64,000 nt of DNA from contig NIVC01001604.1 in NCBI GenBank assembly GCA_002269645.1, forward strand, positions 124,001 through 188,000, read 5' to 3'. Of this stretch, positions 22,301 through 35,204 are shown piece by piece. The notes below the pieces were generated by a model that saw only the letters and a program-made list of their open reading frames with translations, made no database searches and was not told the DNA's origin. Source of the DNA: Macrostomum lignano (lineage: Eukaryota). Every line of letters begins with the position of its first letter. Within the stretch, counting starts at the first letter, position 1. The translations under genes and the position numbers were made by a program.

Positions 22301-25300
22301 ATCTACGTGCGGGATATCAAGACTGGGCAGGTGAGCCTGTTTAATGCTTTATTGCACATTTACTAGTGATCACATTTACCTGTTCACCGCCATGGAGGGT
22401 GACCGGGAGGGTGACCGGGAGGGTGACCGGGAGGTTGACCGGGAGGGTGACCGGGAGGGTGACCGGGAGGGTGACCGGGAGGGTGACCGGGAGGGTGACC
22501 GGGAGGGTGACCGGGAGGGTGACCGGGAGGGTGACCGGGAGGGTGACCGGGAGGGTGACCGGGAGGGTGACCGGGAGGGTGACCGGGAGGGTGACCGGGA
22601 GGGTGACCGGGAGGGTGACCGGGAGGGTGACCGGGAGGGTGACCGGGAGGGTGACCGGGAGGTTGACCGGGAGGGTGAACGGGAGGTTGACCGGGAGGGT
22701 GACCGGGAGGTTGACCGGGAGGGTGAACGGGAGGGTGACCGGGAGGGTGACCGGGAGGTAACCTGGTAATTGGCAGGGAAACACAGCAGCTGGGATCAGG
22801 AGACTGACGTCATGAGGAAGAGCAGCAGGCAGCTCCGGAACCCATAGCACTCGCCCTCGCCCTCGCCCACAGGTCCGCTGCGTCTCAGGCGAGACCTACA
22901 TGCTGAGCCCGGACGAGGAGCTTTGGGAGAAGCAGCTGCCGCCGGCCGTGGAGGCGCTGCTGGTGAAGCAGAAGGACCCGATGCCCGACCGCTTCGAGCG
23001 GAGCAAAGCGGCGGAGGCGCCCGAGTCGAAGCCGCGCGACCGCACCCGCACCGTCAGCCTGCGCGTGCCGCACAACGCCGCAGTGCAGATCTACGACTAC
23101 AAGGCCAAGGTGGCCCGCGTGGTGTTCGGGCCCGAGATGGTCATGCTCAACCCCGATGAGCAGTTCACGCAGCTCTCCCTGTCCGGCGGCAAGCCCAAGA
23201 AGCCAAACACCATCAAGTCGCTGACTTTGCTGCTCGGCCCCGACTTCTCCACCGACATCATCACGCTGGAGACCTCCGACCACGCCAGGCTGCAGATCCA
23301 GCTGTCATACAACTGGTACTTCGACACCAGCAAGTGCCTTGAGGATGCCAAGGAGGCCGCCAAGCTGTTCTCTGTGCCCGACTTTGTCGGCGACATGTGC
23401 AAAGCCGTGGCCAGCCGCGTCCGCGGCGCCGTTGCTGCAGTCGGCTTCGACGACTTCCACCGGCACTCAGCCAGGATCCTCCGCGGAGCGCTGTTCGGCT
23501 TCAACGAGGCGGTGAGTGCCGATGCTGGCTCGAATACTGACTCTCCATCTGACCCACTGACTCACACTGACTCACTGACCCACACTGACCCACACTAACC
23601 CACTGACCCACTGACTCACTGACCCACACTGACCCACACTAACCCACTGACCCACTGACCCACACTGACCCACACTGACCCACCAGCTCAGCCTACTCAT
23701 AATTTATGGCTTGATTCTGACTCATTGATTTATCATTCACAAGCACAAATAAAAGCACTGACTCATTTACCCACTGACCCACTGACCCACTGACTCAAAC
23801 TGACTCACACTGACCCACACTGACCCACACTGACCCACACTAACCCACACTAACCCACTGACCCCACTGGACCCACTGACCCACACTGGGCCCACTGACC
23901 CACCGACCGACACTGACTCATTGACAATTGATTCATTGACACACTGACCCATTGACCCACACTGACCCACCGACTCAATCTGAGCAGGGCAAGATTCGGG
24001 ACGAGTTCCGCATGCCGCAGAACAACCTGGTCATCACCTCGGTGGACATCCAGAACGTGGAGCCAGTGGAGCAGCGCACGCGGGATGCGCTGCAGAAATC
24101 CGTGCAGCTGGCCATCGAGATCACCACCAACTCGCAGGAGGCCACGGCCAGGCAGGAGGCCGAGCGGCTGGAGCAGGAGGCCCGCGGCAAGCTGGAGCGC
24201 CAGAAGATCTCCGATGAGGCGGAGGCTGAGAGGGCCAGGCGGGAGCTGCTGGAGCTACAGGTGAGGGGAAATGGCGATTGGGGAAACACTGGGGACTTGG
24301 GTGAGTAAGACACAGTTATAGAGAAGCAGGCTGAATGAGGAGGGGAAGGGAGGGAAGCAGGCTGAATGAGGAGGGGAAGGGAGGGAAGCAGGCTGAATGA
24401 GGAGGGGAAGGGAGGGAAGCAGGCTGAATGAGGAGGGGAAGGGAGGGCAGCAGGCTGAATGAGGAGGGGAAGGGAGGGAAGCAGGCTGAATGAGGAGGGG
24501 AAGGGAGGGAAGCAGGCTGAATGAGGAGGAGAAGGGAGGGAAGCAGGCTGAATGAGGAGGGGAAGGGAGGGCAGCAGGCTGAATGAGGAGGGGAAGGGAG
24601 GGCAGCAGGCTGAATGAGGAGGGGAAGGGAGGGCAGCAGGCTGAATGAGGAGGGGAAGGGAGGGCAGCAGGCTGAATGAGGAGGGGAAGGGAGGGAAGCA
24701 GGCTGAATGAGGAGGGGAAGGGAGGGAAGCAGGCTGAATGAGGAGGGGAAGGGAGGGAAGCAGGCTGAATGAGGAGGGGAAGGGAGGGAAGCAGGCTGAA
24801 TGAGGATGGGAAGGGAGGGAAGCAGGCTGAATGAGGAGGAGAAGGGAGGGAAGCAGGCTGAATGAGGAGGGGAAAGGAGGGAAGCAGGCTGAATGAACAG
24901 AGCATGGCCCCCCATTCCGCAGGCGCACTCGGCAGCGGTGGAGAGCTCTGGCCAGGCGAAGGCGGAGGCGCAGTCGCGGGCGGAGGCGGCCCGCATTGAG
25001 GGCCAGGCGGCTGTGGAGCAGGCGCGGTTCCGGGCCGAGGCGCTGGGCATCGAGTCCTCGGCCGAGCTGGAGCGGGTGAAGCTGGCCAGGGAGGCCGAGC
25101 TGGCCTACCAGCGCGAGCAGAACCAGCTGGACGTCAGCCGGCAGAAGGAGCTGTCCGGCATTGAGGTGGAGAAGTTCCGCCGATTCGTTGACGCGATCGG
25201 AGCCGACACGATCCGGGCCATCGCCAGCGCGGGGCCGGAGATGCAGGTTAGCGTATTGTGTTTGCGCGCATTGCTACTCACGGCAGTAGGCTGATTGAGA

Positions 25301-25935
25301 CTTTTTACTGGGAACTTTGGACCTTGCTAGTTTACCAAGTATATGGGCTGTGGTGCATTGTCCAGCTATTTAGGCAAATTGGCGCCAACCCTGAACAGTA
25401 GCGCCAACCCTGAACAGTAGCGCAAACCCTGAAGTCACACAGCGCCATCCCTGAAGTCACACAGCGCCATCCCTGAAGTCACACAGCGCCATCCCTGAGG
25501 TCACACAGCGCCATCCCTGAAGTCACACAGCGCCATCCCTGAGGTCACACAGCGCCAACCCTGAAGTCACACAGCGCCATCCCTGAAGTCACACACAGCG
25601 CCATCCCTGAAGTCACACAGCGCCATCCCTGAAGTCACACACAGCGCCATCCCTGAAGTCACACAGCGCCATCCCTGAAGTCACACACAGCGCCATCCCT
25701 GAAGTCACACAGCGCCATCCCTGAAGTCACACACAGCGCCATCCCTGAAGTCACACAGCGCCAACCTGTCACACGCGCACTGCAGGTGAAGATGCTGCAA
25801 AGCCTGGGTCTGAAGTCCACTCTCATCACGGACGGCAACTCGCCCATCAACCTGTTCAGCACCGCCCACGGCCTGATCGGCGCCGACTTCCTGCGCGGCG
25901 GCAGCCGGCCAGCGAGGTCCGAGGAGGCTGACTGA
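19339..25935 (+). CDS. MVP: Major vault protein; exons 19339-19566, 19863-20215, 20699-20913, 21933-22330, 22873-23511, 23988-24260, 24923-25246, 25786-25935 (about 859 aa)
   Basis: MVP repeats ([41 protein letters not shown]), shoulder ([19 protein letters not shown]), cap helix ([18 protein letters not shown]) and C-terminal [11 protein letters not shown]. All junctions GT-AG and in phase; spliced length 2580 nt. Confidence 0.96.
20176..20626 (+). repeat. 45-bp tandem repeat equal to the last 40 nt of MVP exon 2 plus GTGAG donor; 10 copies
   Basis: Unit GCGCCAGGAAGGAGTGCAAGGACAGGGATGGCAAGCCCAG|GTGAG; the first copy is the true exon end. Confidence 0.97.
21054..21865. repeat. 14-bp minisatellite (GGGATTGGGAATCT), about 58 copies, MVP intron 3
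   Basis: Nearly perfect tandem array. Confidence 0.97.
22395..22757. repeat. 12-bp minisatellite (GGGAGGGTGACC), about 30 copies, MVP intron 4
   Basis: Tandem array. Confidence 0.97.
23545..23975. repeat. Degenerate (ACTGACCCAC)-type repeats, MVP intron 5
   Basis: Two blocks of CTGAC/CTAAC-rich 8-10-bp units. Confidence 0.9.
24325..24897. repeat. 30-31-bp minisatellite (GCAGGCTGAATGAGGAGGGGAAGGGAGGGAA), MVP intron 6
   Basis: Tandem array filling most of the intron. Confidence 0.96.
25385..25765. repeat. 20-24-bp minisatellite (CAGCGCCATCCCTGAAGTCACA), MVP intron 7
   Basis: Tandem array ending about 20 nt before the acceptor. Confidence 0.95.
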
Positions 25936-27562
25936 GGCAGCAGGCTGTTGCCGCCACGTTGAGAAGTCACAAATCATTTTGTTTGATTGTATCCAGTGAT
26001 CAGCATGACAAGTTTTCTGTTTTCGTCTGGCTGATCTCTCTTAGACATTCAAGGATTTGTACTTCTTGTTTTTCTGAACAATTATTATTCAGCTCGTAAA
26101 CCAGGAGTTCAAGCCAAGTTTTCTGATCCAAGGACTTCTGTACTGTATAAGTTATCTGGACTAGTTTAGTCATCAATTTAGACTCGCTATACTAAATGTA
26201 GGTCAATATAGTACAGTGCTAACTTTCACTTTTTTTTATAATAGTCGTATATTTACGCGTAATTAGCGAGCAATTTTGGCATGCGGGTTAAAATTTTTAT
26301 ATTGTGGAAAGCGCCTTTTTTAGTCCTATTCAAAACACTTTTCCTTCTATTAAAGCAGTTTGTTTTGTTATAACATATTTTGGAGTCTTTTCAATTTTAA
26401 TCGTCTAGTGCGTTCCGATCTGTTTCTTTTGTTTTTTCTGTCTATTTTAATCAACTAGCTTGTAGCAAGAATAAATGTAATAATCATATAGAAAAATGTC
26501 TCGAAGTACTAAAGAATGAGGCGAAAATTTACATTTTAGGGCACATCAGGCCCTGCCGCCCCTGGATTTGCGGGCCAAAGGGCTTCGTCACCTCTGAATT
26601 TAAAATAGTAAATTTCCGTTGCTGAACATTCTACGCTCGTAGTATCAGACCTGTCATGTATAGAAAATAGCACTGACAGGGCGTTGCTCTCCATCAAAGC
26701 CTTCACTTGAACATAGGTTGTATTGAAAGCTTCTGCAAAGATTTTAACAAATTTGTTTCCGGCACTGCTATGGCGAAAAATAATTTTTATATCTTATCTT
26801 GGACTCTAGTTTTTAACCCTGGTAGAATAAGAAGCGAAGGTGACTCGGGTGATGAAGATGCTATAAAAACCTTAAATTTGTCACAGACTCGAGAAGAATT
26901 CTGTTTGTTAAGATGGCAGAAGCAGAAGTTGCAGAACAGGTTATGCCAACGGCCAACAGCTGTTCATTTTTGGATGAAAACTCACTAGGAGAGAAAAACT
27001 AAACAAGCCCCGCCCCGGGGGTGTGGCCTGGAACCAGCTTGGTCAACCGCTCTAACTGACCTTGGAATGTACACGCAGAAGCTAAGCGCACATTGATTGC
27101 AAAGTACAGCTGCACCCAAGAGCTCGTCCTGGCCAAAGCAGTTTGATAATCTGACGCTTGTGCATCTTTCGCTGTTCTACTCCATCTAAGAGGGGTCGGG
27201 TGTACATTATCGCCCCCCGCCGGGCTTCAGTTAATTTAATGTACGTTCGTACACCGCCCTTAGCAGAACCACTCTGCTATTCTCTAGATTGCCGCACACC
27301 TACCACCCCAATCCTCGCTTCCAGAAAATCAGTTGGTCTAGTGGTATACACTTGTCAATAACCCCCACCCCTCAGTCTCGGATGCGTACAAAACACCCCC
27401 GCTGGCTGATGATCAACCCCCCATTCCGGTCAGAATAAAAGCGTGCAGAGACGACTAATACGGGTCACCTTTCGCGCTACCCGCGGTCTTATCTAAAAAC
27501 ACGGAGGTCAAAGTTCAATCGTGTACTTTACAAATCCACCAACCAAAAGCCAGCCAGTTGCA

Positions 27563-30500
27563 ATGGAGCCCGAGCAGCAGCAGCAGGAAGCCGACGATGC
27601 ATTGCAGCAGCAGTTGAGCTCCGCAATCTTGGATAATTACACGGTGACACCGGGGCCGGGGGCCGAGATCCAGTCCTACACTACATTTCAGCAGCCCATG
27701 GTTCCGATCCCAGAGGCCGCCGAGGCTGCGGGCGGCGGCAGCGCTGCGGGCCAGAGCGACTCCGCTGCTGCTGGCGGCTCAGATCGCGGCCGAACAGGCA
27801 GTGTGCAGTCCGGCGCCTGCAAGACTGCCGTGCCGCTCAGCGAGCTCCTGGTGCCCAACGACGACGATCCGGACCTCTACGACCCGAACTGCGACCCGGA
27901 CAAGCCGCAGATCGTTCGCTTCCAGGATGTCAGCGCGGCCGCTTTTAAAATTCGCAGCGGCATCGTGCGCACACCCTGCGATGTAAGCTGGCGGTTCTGC
28001 AGCTCAATAATTACAATACTTGTAATGATAGCACTTCAGAGCGGCTCACGGCTGACTCTCACGCCAAGGCCCCTGGTTCGATTCCGCGCGCGGGACATTA
28101 ATTTGAAGCTTATTTATGCACAATAAGTTTTTGTTAGTATTTTTCGTAGAAATCTGCAGACTACTCAAAAGTTTTTTTACAATTTTTTTGACAAACAATT
28201 CAAATCCACAGAGGTCGCACATGTCCAGGATAACCAACATGGAGATTTTCTTTAAGAAGGAATTTCTGCAGTACACCGGCAGCTTCAAAGAGCGCGGGGC
28301 TCGCTACGTGTTGCTGAGCTTGTCCAAAGTGAGGCGCGTAGAGTTTTTTCATGCACATCAAATTCCGCTCCCTACTTACCTTTTATGCCACTGTCAGTAG
28401 AGTTATTAGAGCATGAGAAGTATTTTATCGATTGCAGCGATGCTGGAAGCCTACTTTAAGGAATCTTAAATTTAAGGAATTTTAAGGAATTTGTATCATC
28501 TAATTCTTGTCCTTGTCCTGTCCTGTCTTCTACTGTCCTGTCCTGTCCTATACTGTCCTCTACTGTCCTCTACTGTCCTGTCCTGTCCTCTACTGTCCTG
28601 TCCTGTCCTCTACTGTCCTGTCCTGTCCTCTACTGTCCTGTCCTGTCCTCTACTGTCCTGTCCTGTCCTCTACTGTCCTGTCCTGTCCTCTACTGTCCTG
28701 TCCTGTCCTCTACTGTCCTGTCCTGTCCTCTACTGTCCTGTCCTGTCCTCTACTGTCCTGTCCTGTCCTCTACTGTCCTGTCCTGTCCTCTACTGTCCTG
28801 TCCTGTCCTCTACTGTCCTGTCCTGTCCTCTACTGTCCTCTACTGTCCTGTCCTGTCCTCTACTGTCCTGTCCTGTCCTCTACTGTCCTCTACTGTCCTG
28901 TCCTGTCCTCTACTGTCCTGTCCTGTCCTCTACTGTCCTCTACTGTCCTGTCCTGTCCTCTACTGTCCTGTCCTGTCCTCTACTGTCCTGTCCTGTCCTC
29001 TACTGTCCTGTCCTGTCCTCTACTGTCCTGTCCTGTCCTCTACTGTCCTGTCCTGTCCTCTACTGTCCTCTACTGTCCTGTCCTGTCCTCTACTGTCCTG
29101 TCCTGTCCTCTACTGTCCTGTCCTGTCCTCTACTGTCCTCTACTGTCCTCTACTGTCCTCTACTGTCCTCTACTGTCCTGTCCTGTCCTCTACTGTCCTC
29201 TACTGTCCTCTACTGTCCTGTCCTGTCCTGTCCTGTCCTGTCCTGTCCTGTCCTGTCCTGCCATTTCTGTCCTGTCCTGTCCTGTCCTGTCCTGCCATTT
29301 CTGTCCTGTCCTGTTCTGTCTGTCTTATCCAGTCCCGTCCCGTCTGTCTATTTTCTCCTTGACCTCCTCAGCGCAGTCCCCTGACCGCGTCGACCTCCCC
29401 GCCCGCAGGAGCAGAAGCAGCGTGGCGTGGTGGCGGCCTCCGCTGGCAACCACGCGCTGGCCTTGGCCTACCACGGCCAGGAGCTGGGCATCCCTATCGT
29501 GGTTGTCATGCCAACCATCGCGCCCCTGATGAAGATCAACGCCTGCGTGCAGTGTGGCGCCCGCGTCATCGTGATGGGCAGCCACATCGGCGAGTCCAAG
29601 AACGTGGCGCTCAAGATCGCCAAGTCGGAGGGCCTGCTTTACGTTAACGGGTAAGCGGAAGGCCGTTGCTTAATATTCTCTGCGCACCCCATCTACTGCT
29701 CACCTCGTACTCAGCTGATCGCCTCAACTACTGCTGAGCACCCGCCCACCCCTGCCGCAGCTACGACCACCCGCAGATCCTCGCCGGCCAGGGCACCATC
29801 GGCCTGGAGATCCTTGAGCAGATCGGCAAGCCCGTTGATGCCATCGTTTTGCCTGTTGGCGGCGGCGGACTCATAGCTGGTGTAGCCGTCGGGGTCAAGA
29901 CGATGTCGCCTGACACGCTGATTATTGTGAGAGGGGGCACATGGGTCTGAACCTGCTACATGTAATTCCATTCTTTCCCAAGACACCTGACCCCAGGACA
30001 CAGCTGACTCCAAGTCACCTGACCCCAAGACACCTGACCCCAAGACACCTGACCCCAAGACACCTGACCCCAAGACACCTGACCCCAAGACACCTGACCC
30101 CAAGACACCTGACCCCAAGACACCTGACCCCAAGACACCTGACCCCAAGACACCTGACCCCAAGACACCTGACCCCAAGACACCTGACCCCAAGACACCT
30201 GACCCCAAGACACCTGACCCCAAGACACCTGACCCCAAGACACCTGACCCCAAGACACCTGACCCCAAGACACCTGACCCCAAGACACCTGACCCCAAGA
30301 CACCTGACCCCAAGACACCTGACCCCAAGACACCTGACCCCAAGACACCTGACCCCAAGACACCTGACCCCAAGACACCTGACCCCAAGACACCTGACCC
30401 CAAGACACCTGACCCCAAGACACCTGACCCCAAGACACCTGACCCCAAGACACCTGACCCCAAGACACCTGACCCCAGGACACAGCTGACTCCAAGTCAC

Positions 30501-32593
30501 CTGACCCCAAGACACCTGACCCCAAGACACCTGACCCCAAGACACCTGACCCCAAGACACCTGACCCCAAGACACCTGACCCCAAGACACCTGACCCCAA
30601 GACACCTGACCCCAAGACACCTGACCCCAAGACACCTGACCCCAAGACACCTGACCCCAAGACACCTGACCCCAAGACACCTGACCCCAAGACACCTGAC
30701 CCCAAGACACCTGACCCCAGGACACAGCTGACTCCAAGTCACCTGACCCCAAGACACCTGACCCCAAGACACCTGACCCCAGGACACAGCTGACTCCAAG
30801 ACACCTGACCCCAAGACACCTGACCCCAAGACACCTGACCCCAAGACACCTGACCCCAAGACACCTGACCCCAAGACACCTGACCCCAAGACACCTGACC
30901 CCAGGACACAGCTGACTCCAAGTCACCTGACCCCAAGAACCCTGACCCCAAGACACCTGACCCCAAGACACCTGACTCCAAGACACCTGACCCCAAGACA
31001 CCTGACCCCAAGACACCTGACCCCAAGACACCTGACCCCAAGACACCTGACCCCAAGACACCTGACGCCAAGACACCTGACCCCAAGACACCTGACCCCA
31101 GGACACAGCTGACTCCAAGTCACCTGACCCCAAGACACCTGACCCCAAGACACCTGACCCCAAGACACCTGACCCCAAGACACCTGACCCCAAGACACCT
31201 GACCCCAAGACACCTGACCCCAAGACACCTGACCCCAAGACACCTGACCCCAAGACACCTGACCCCAAGACACCTGACCCCAAGACACCTGACCCCAAGA
31301 CACCTGACCCCAAGACACCTGACCCCAAGACACCTGACCCCAGGACACAGCTGACTCCAAGTCACCTGACCCCAAGACACCTGACCCCAAGACACCTGAC
31401 CCCAAGACACCTGACCCCAAGACACCTGACCCCAAGACACCTGACCCCAAGACACCTGACCCCAAGACACCTGACCCCAAGACACCTGACCCCAAGACAC
31501 CTGACCCCAAGACACCTGACCCCAAGACACCTGACCCCAAGACACCTGACCCCAAGACACCTGACCCCAAGACACCTGACCCCAAGACACCTGACCCCAG
31601 GACACAGCTGACTCCAAGTCACCTGACCCCAAGACACCTGACCCCAAGACACCTGACCCCAAGACACCTGACCCCAAGACACTTGACCCCAAGACACCTG
31701 ACCCCAAGACACCTGACCCCAAGACACCTGACCCCAAGACACCTGACCCCAAGACACCTGACCCCAAGACACCTGACCCCAAGACACCTGACCCCAAGAC
31801 ACCTGACCCCAAGACACCTGACCCCAAGACACCTGACCCCAGGACACCTGACCCCAAGACACCTGACCCCAAGACACCTGACCCCAAGACACCTGACCCC
31901 AGGACACCTGACCCCAAGACACCTGACCCCAAGACACCTGACCCCAAGACACCTGACCCCAAGACACCTGACCCCAAGACACCTGACCCCAGGACACACC
32001 TGACCCCGGTTTCCGTCCTCCAGGGCGCCGAGCCGGAGCGCAGCGCGAGCTTCAGTGCGGCAATGCAGGCGGGTCATCCGGTGAGGGTGGCGCTGAAGTC
32101 GTCGCTGGCCGACGGCCTGGCGGTGCCCCTGGCGGGCGCCAACGCCTTCTACTCCTGCAGGGACCTGGTGGACCGCATGGTCACCGTCTCCGAGGAATTC
32201 ATTGCTCTGTCCATCCTGCGGCTCATCGAGCTTGAGAAGACGGTGGTGGAGGGCGCTGGAGCCGCCGCGCTTGCCGCGCTGCTGCAGGGCTGCCTGCCAG
32301 AGCTGCACGGCAAAACGTGAGCGACTTTCAGTCACCTTCCCGCCTTTCACGCTTTATGTGTGTCATCGCCATTGCCTCCCACTCCCCCCTCTCAAATCCA
32401 CTCTCTCCCTCTCACCTACACCCTCCCTTTCACATCTCTGATCTCCCTCTCACATCCACTCTCTCCCTCTAACCTTCACTCTCTCCCTCTCACCTTCACT
32501 CTCTCACTCTCACCTTTACTCTCCCCCTCTGAAATCCACTCTCTCTCTCACCTCCACTATGTCCCTCTCACCTCCACTCTCTCTCTCTCTCAC

Positions 32594-32638
<45 letters not shown>

Positions 32639-32794
32639 TCTACTCTCTCCCTCTCCCCTCCACTCTCTCTCTCACCTCCACTCTGTCCCTCTCACCTCCA
32701 CTCTCTCCCTCTCACATCTCTGATCTCCCTCTCACCTCCACTCTCTCTCTCACCTCCACTCTGTCCCTCTCACCTCCACTCTGTCCCTCTCACC

Positions 32795-32847
<53 letters not shown>

Positions 32848-32937
32848 CTCCACTCTGTCCCTCTCACCTCCACTCTCTCTCTCTCTCACACACACCTCTA
32901 CTCTCTCCCTCTCACCTCCACTCTCTCTCTCTCTCAC

Positions 32938-32982
<45 letters not shown>

Positions 32983-33138
32983 TCTACTCTCTCCCTCTCC
33001 CCTCCACTCTCTCTCTCACCTCCACTCTGTCCCTCTCACCTCCACTCTCTCCCTCTCACATCTCTGATCTCCCTCTCACCTCCACTCTCTCTCTCACCTC
33101 CACTCTGTCCCTCTCACCTCCACTCTGTCCCTCTCACC

Positions 33139-33193
<55 letters not shown>

Positions 33194-34912
33194 CTCCACT
33201 CTGTCCCTCTCACCTCCACTCTCTCTCTCTCTCACACACACCTCTACTCTCTCCCTCTCACCTCCACTCTCTCCCTTTCACCTCCACTCTCTCTCTCACC
33301 TCCACTCTCTCCCTTTCACCTCCACTCTCTCTCTCACCTCCACTCTCTCTCTCTCACCTCCACTCTGTCCCTCTCACCTCCACTCTCTCCCTTTCACCTC
33401 CACTCTCTCTCTCACCTCCACTCTCTCTCTCTCACCTCCACTCTGTCCCTCTCACCTCCACTCTCTCCCTTTCACCTCCACTCTCTCTCTCACCTCCACT
33501 CTCTCTCTCTCACCTCCACTCTCTCCCTTTCACCTCCACTCTCTCTCTCACCTCCACTCTCTCCCTCTCATCTCCTATTGAACCCTCTCACAAATCGCAG
33601 TGAGCTTTCTCAGCTCCAGCCGCACATTTGCTTCATGCAGTGTCACTGGCAGCCCGTATCCGGGCCTGTGTCAATGACGCGGCAAGCAGGCTTAACGGGA
33701 AATGGCTGAAAAATGTAAAGATAATTAGGATCTGAGAGAGATATTCATGATCCTTGCTTGGCTCCCGTACTGAGATTTTCCCGCGGGGTCCCTGGGCGGC
33801 TCTTCATCTGAAATATTGATGCAGAAGCAACGAATCTGCGAAGCCGCTTGGGACTGCTCGGCATGGCTGGCTGCCCTCGGATGCGCTGTGGGGGTTGGGA
33901 TATGATTAGTGCAGGCTGATCCACGTGCGATCCGAAACTCGCCTGTCTTGCCTGCTGCTTGAGAACTGGCTCCGGTTCCGGGTTCTGATTAGGTCAGATC
34001 TTGGGGTCAGATCAGGTCAGATCTTGGGGTCAGATCAGGTCAGATCTTGGGGTCAGATCAGGTCAGATCTTGGGTCAGATCAGGTCAGATCTTGGGGTCA
34101 GATCAGGTCAGATTTGGAGGGTCAGATCAGGTCAGATCTTGGGGTCAGATCAGGTCAGATTTGGAGGGTCAGATCAGGTCAGATTTGGAGGGTCAGATCA
34201 GGTCAGATCTTGGGGTCAGATCAGGTCAGATTTGGAGGGTCAGATCAGGTCAGATCTTGGGGTCAGATCAGGTCAGATCTGGTGGGTCAGATCAGGTCAG
34301 ATCTGGTGGGTCAGATCAGGTCAGACTGTCGCCACCAACTCTCCCAAAATCATCGCTCCAGCGTGGCCGTCGTCCTCGGAGGCGGCAACATCGACACGAC
34401 TGTCCTCGGCCGGGTCATCGAGCGCGGATTGGCCGTGGACGGCCGCCTGATCCACTTCGTGGCCACGGTGTCCGACCGGCCCGGTGGCATCGCCGAGTGC
34501 AGCTCCCTGCTGGCCGGCATGGGGGTCTCCATCAAGGACATCTTCCACGAGAGGGCCTGGCTGAAGTACGACATCTTCCAGGTCAACCTGCGGTGAGCGA
34601 GACTGGGACTGGGATCAGTTAGACTGGGATTGGGATCAGTTAGGGTGGGATTGGGATGAGTTAGACTGGGACTGGGATCAGTTAGACTGGGATTGGGATC
34701 TGAATGGATAGGAGAGCCTTACAGCTGAGAGAAACTCAGCACAAGGTGTCTGTGAGCCCCTATATCCCCAGATCCCGATAATAATTTCCCCTCTCACCGC
34801 TGGCCTCCCGCACGGCAGCTGCGTGTGCGAGGTTCGAGACCGGGAGCACGGCGAGGAGCTGCTGGCCAAGCTTAAGGAGCACTACGGGCCCGGCTCGGTG
34901 AGGCAGATCTGA
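27563..34912 (+). CDS. PLP-dependent L-threonine/serine dehydratase (serine racemase-like) with C-terminal ACT-like domain; exons 27563-27982, 28212-28328, 29409-29650, 29761-29926, 32024-32316, 34362-34592, 34819-34912 (about 520 aa)
   Basis: PLP-lysine motif [65 protein letters not shown]-like [10 protein letters not shown]. Junctions in phase; spliced length 1563 nt. Confidence 0.93.
28505..29330. repeat. (TGTCC)/(TACTGTCCTC) compound satellite, dehydratase intron 2
   Basis: Tandem 5/10/20-bp units. Confidence 0.96.
29980..32008. repeat. 15-bp minisatellite (GACACCTGACCCCAA), about 2 kb, with recurrent variant block, dehydratase intron 4
   Basis: Tandem array; variant CAGGACACAGCTGACTCCAAGT recurs at irregular intervals. 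Confidence 0.97.
32390..33575. repeat. CT-rich degenerate satellite (CTCACCTCCACTCT(CT)n), dehydratase intron 5
   Basis: Pyrimidine-only tract. Confidence 0.95.
33990..34326. repeat. GGTCAGATC-based minisatellite, dehydratase intron 5
   Basis: Tandem 10/20/21-bp units ending about 35 nt before the acceptor. Confidence 0.94.
34598..34702. repeat. About 21-bp repeat (GACTGGGATTGGGATCAGTTA), dehydratase intron 6
   Basis: About 5 copies directly after the donor. Confidence 0.88.
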
Positions 34913-35204
34913 CGGCAGCTGGTCGAAATGATGAAGCACTTCGTTGACTCGCTTGTTTTCTGCTGAGAAACTGCTCATTCTGTAATTTTATTGCTTCTAG
35001 AAGACAATCCAGATTTTTGTTGCTTCAATATGTTAGCCGCCTCTTACACTTTGCTTTGCAAACTTTCATCGGGCACCGGCCATCATTGCATCTTCATACT
35101 CCACTTTATATTCACTAGCTGATTGGGGGTGAATTAAATTTGGTCCGCCATCAAAATTGCTGCATTCAATTTTCGTTTGCTATTTTATCCATTCAGTGCT
35201 GGAC

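Noticed and set aside
27325-27350. Second box-A-like string TCAGTTGGTCTAGTGGTATA
   Set aside because: No cloverleaf or box B follows.
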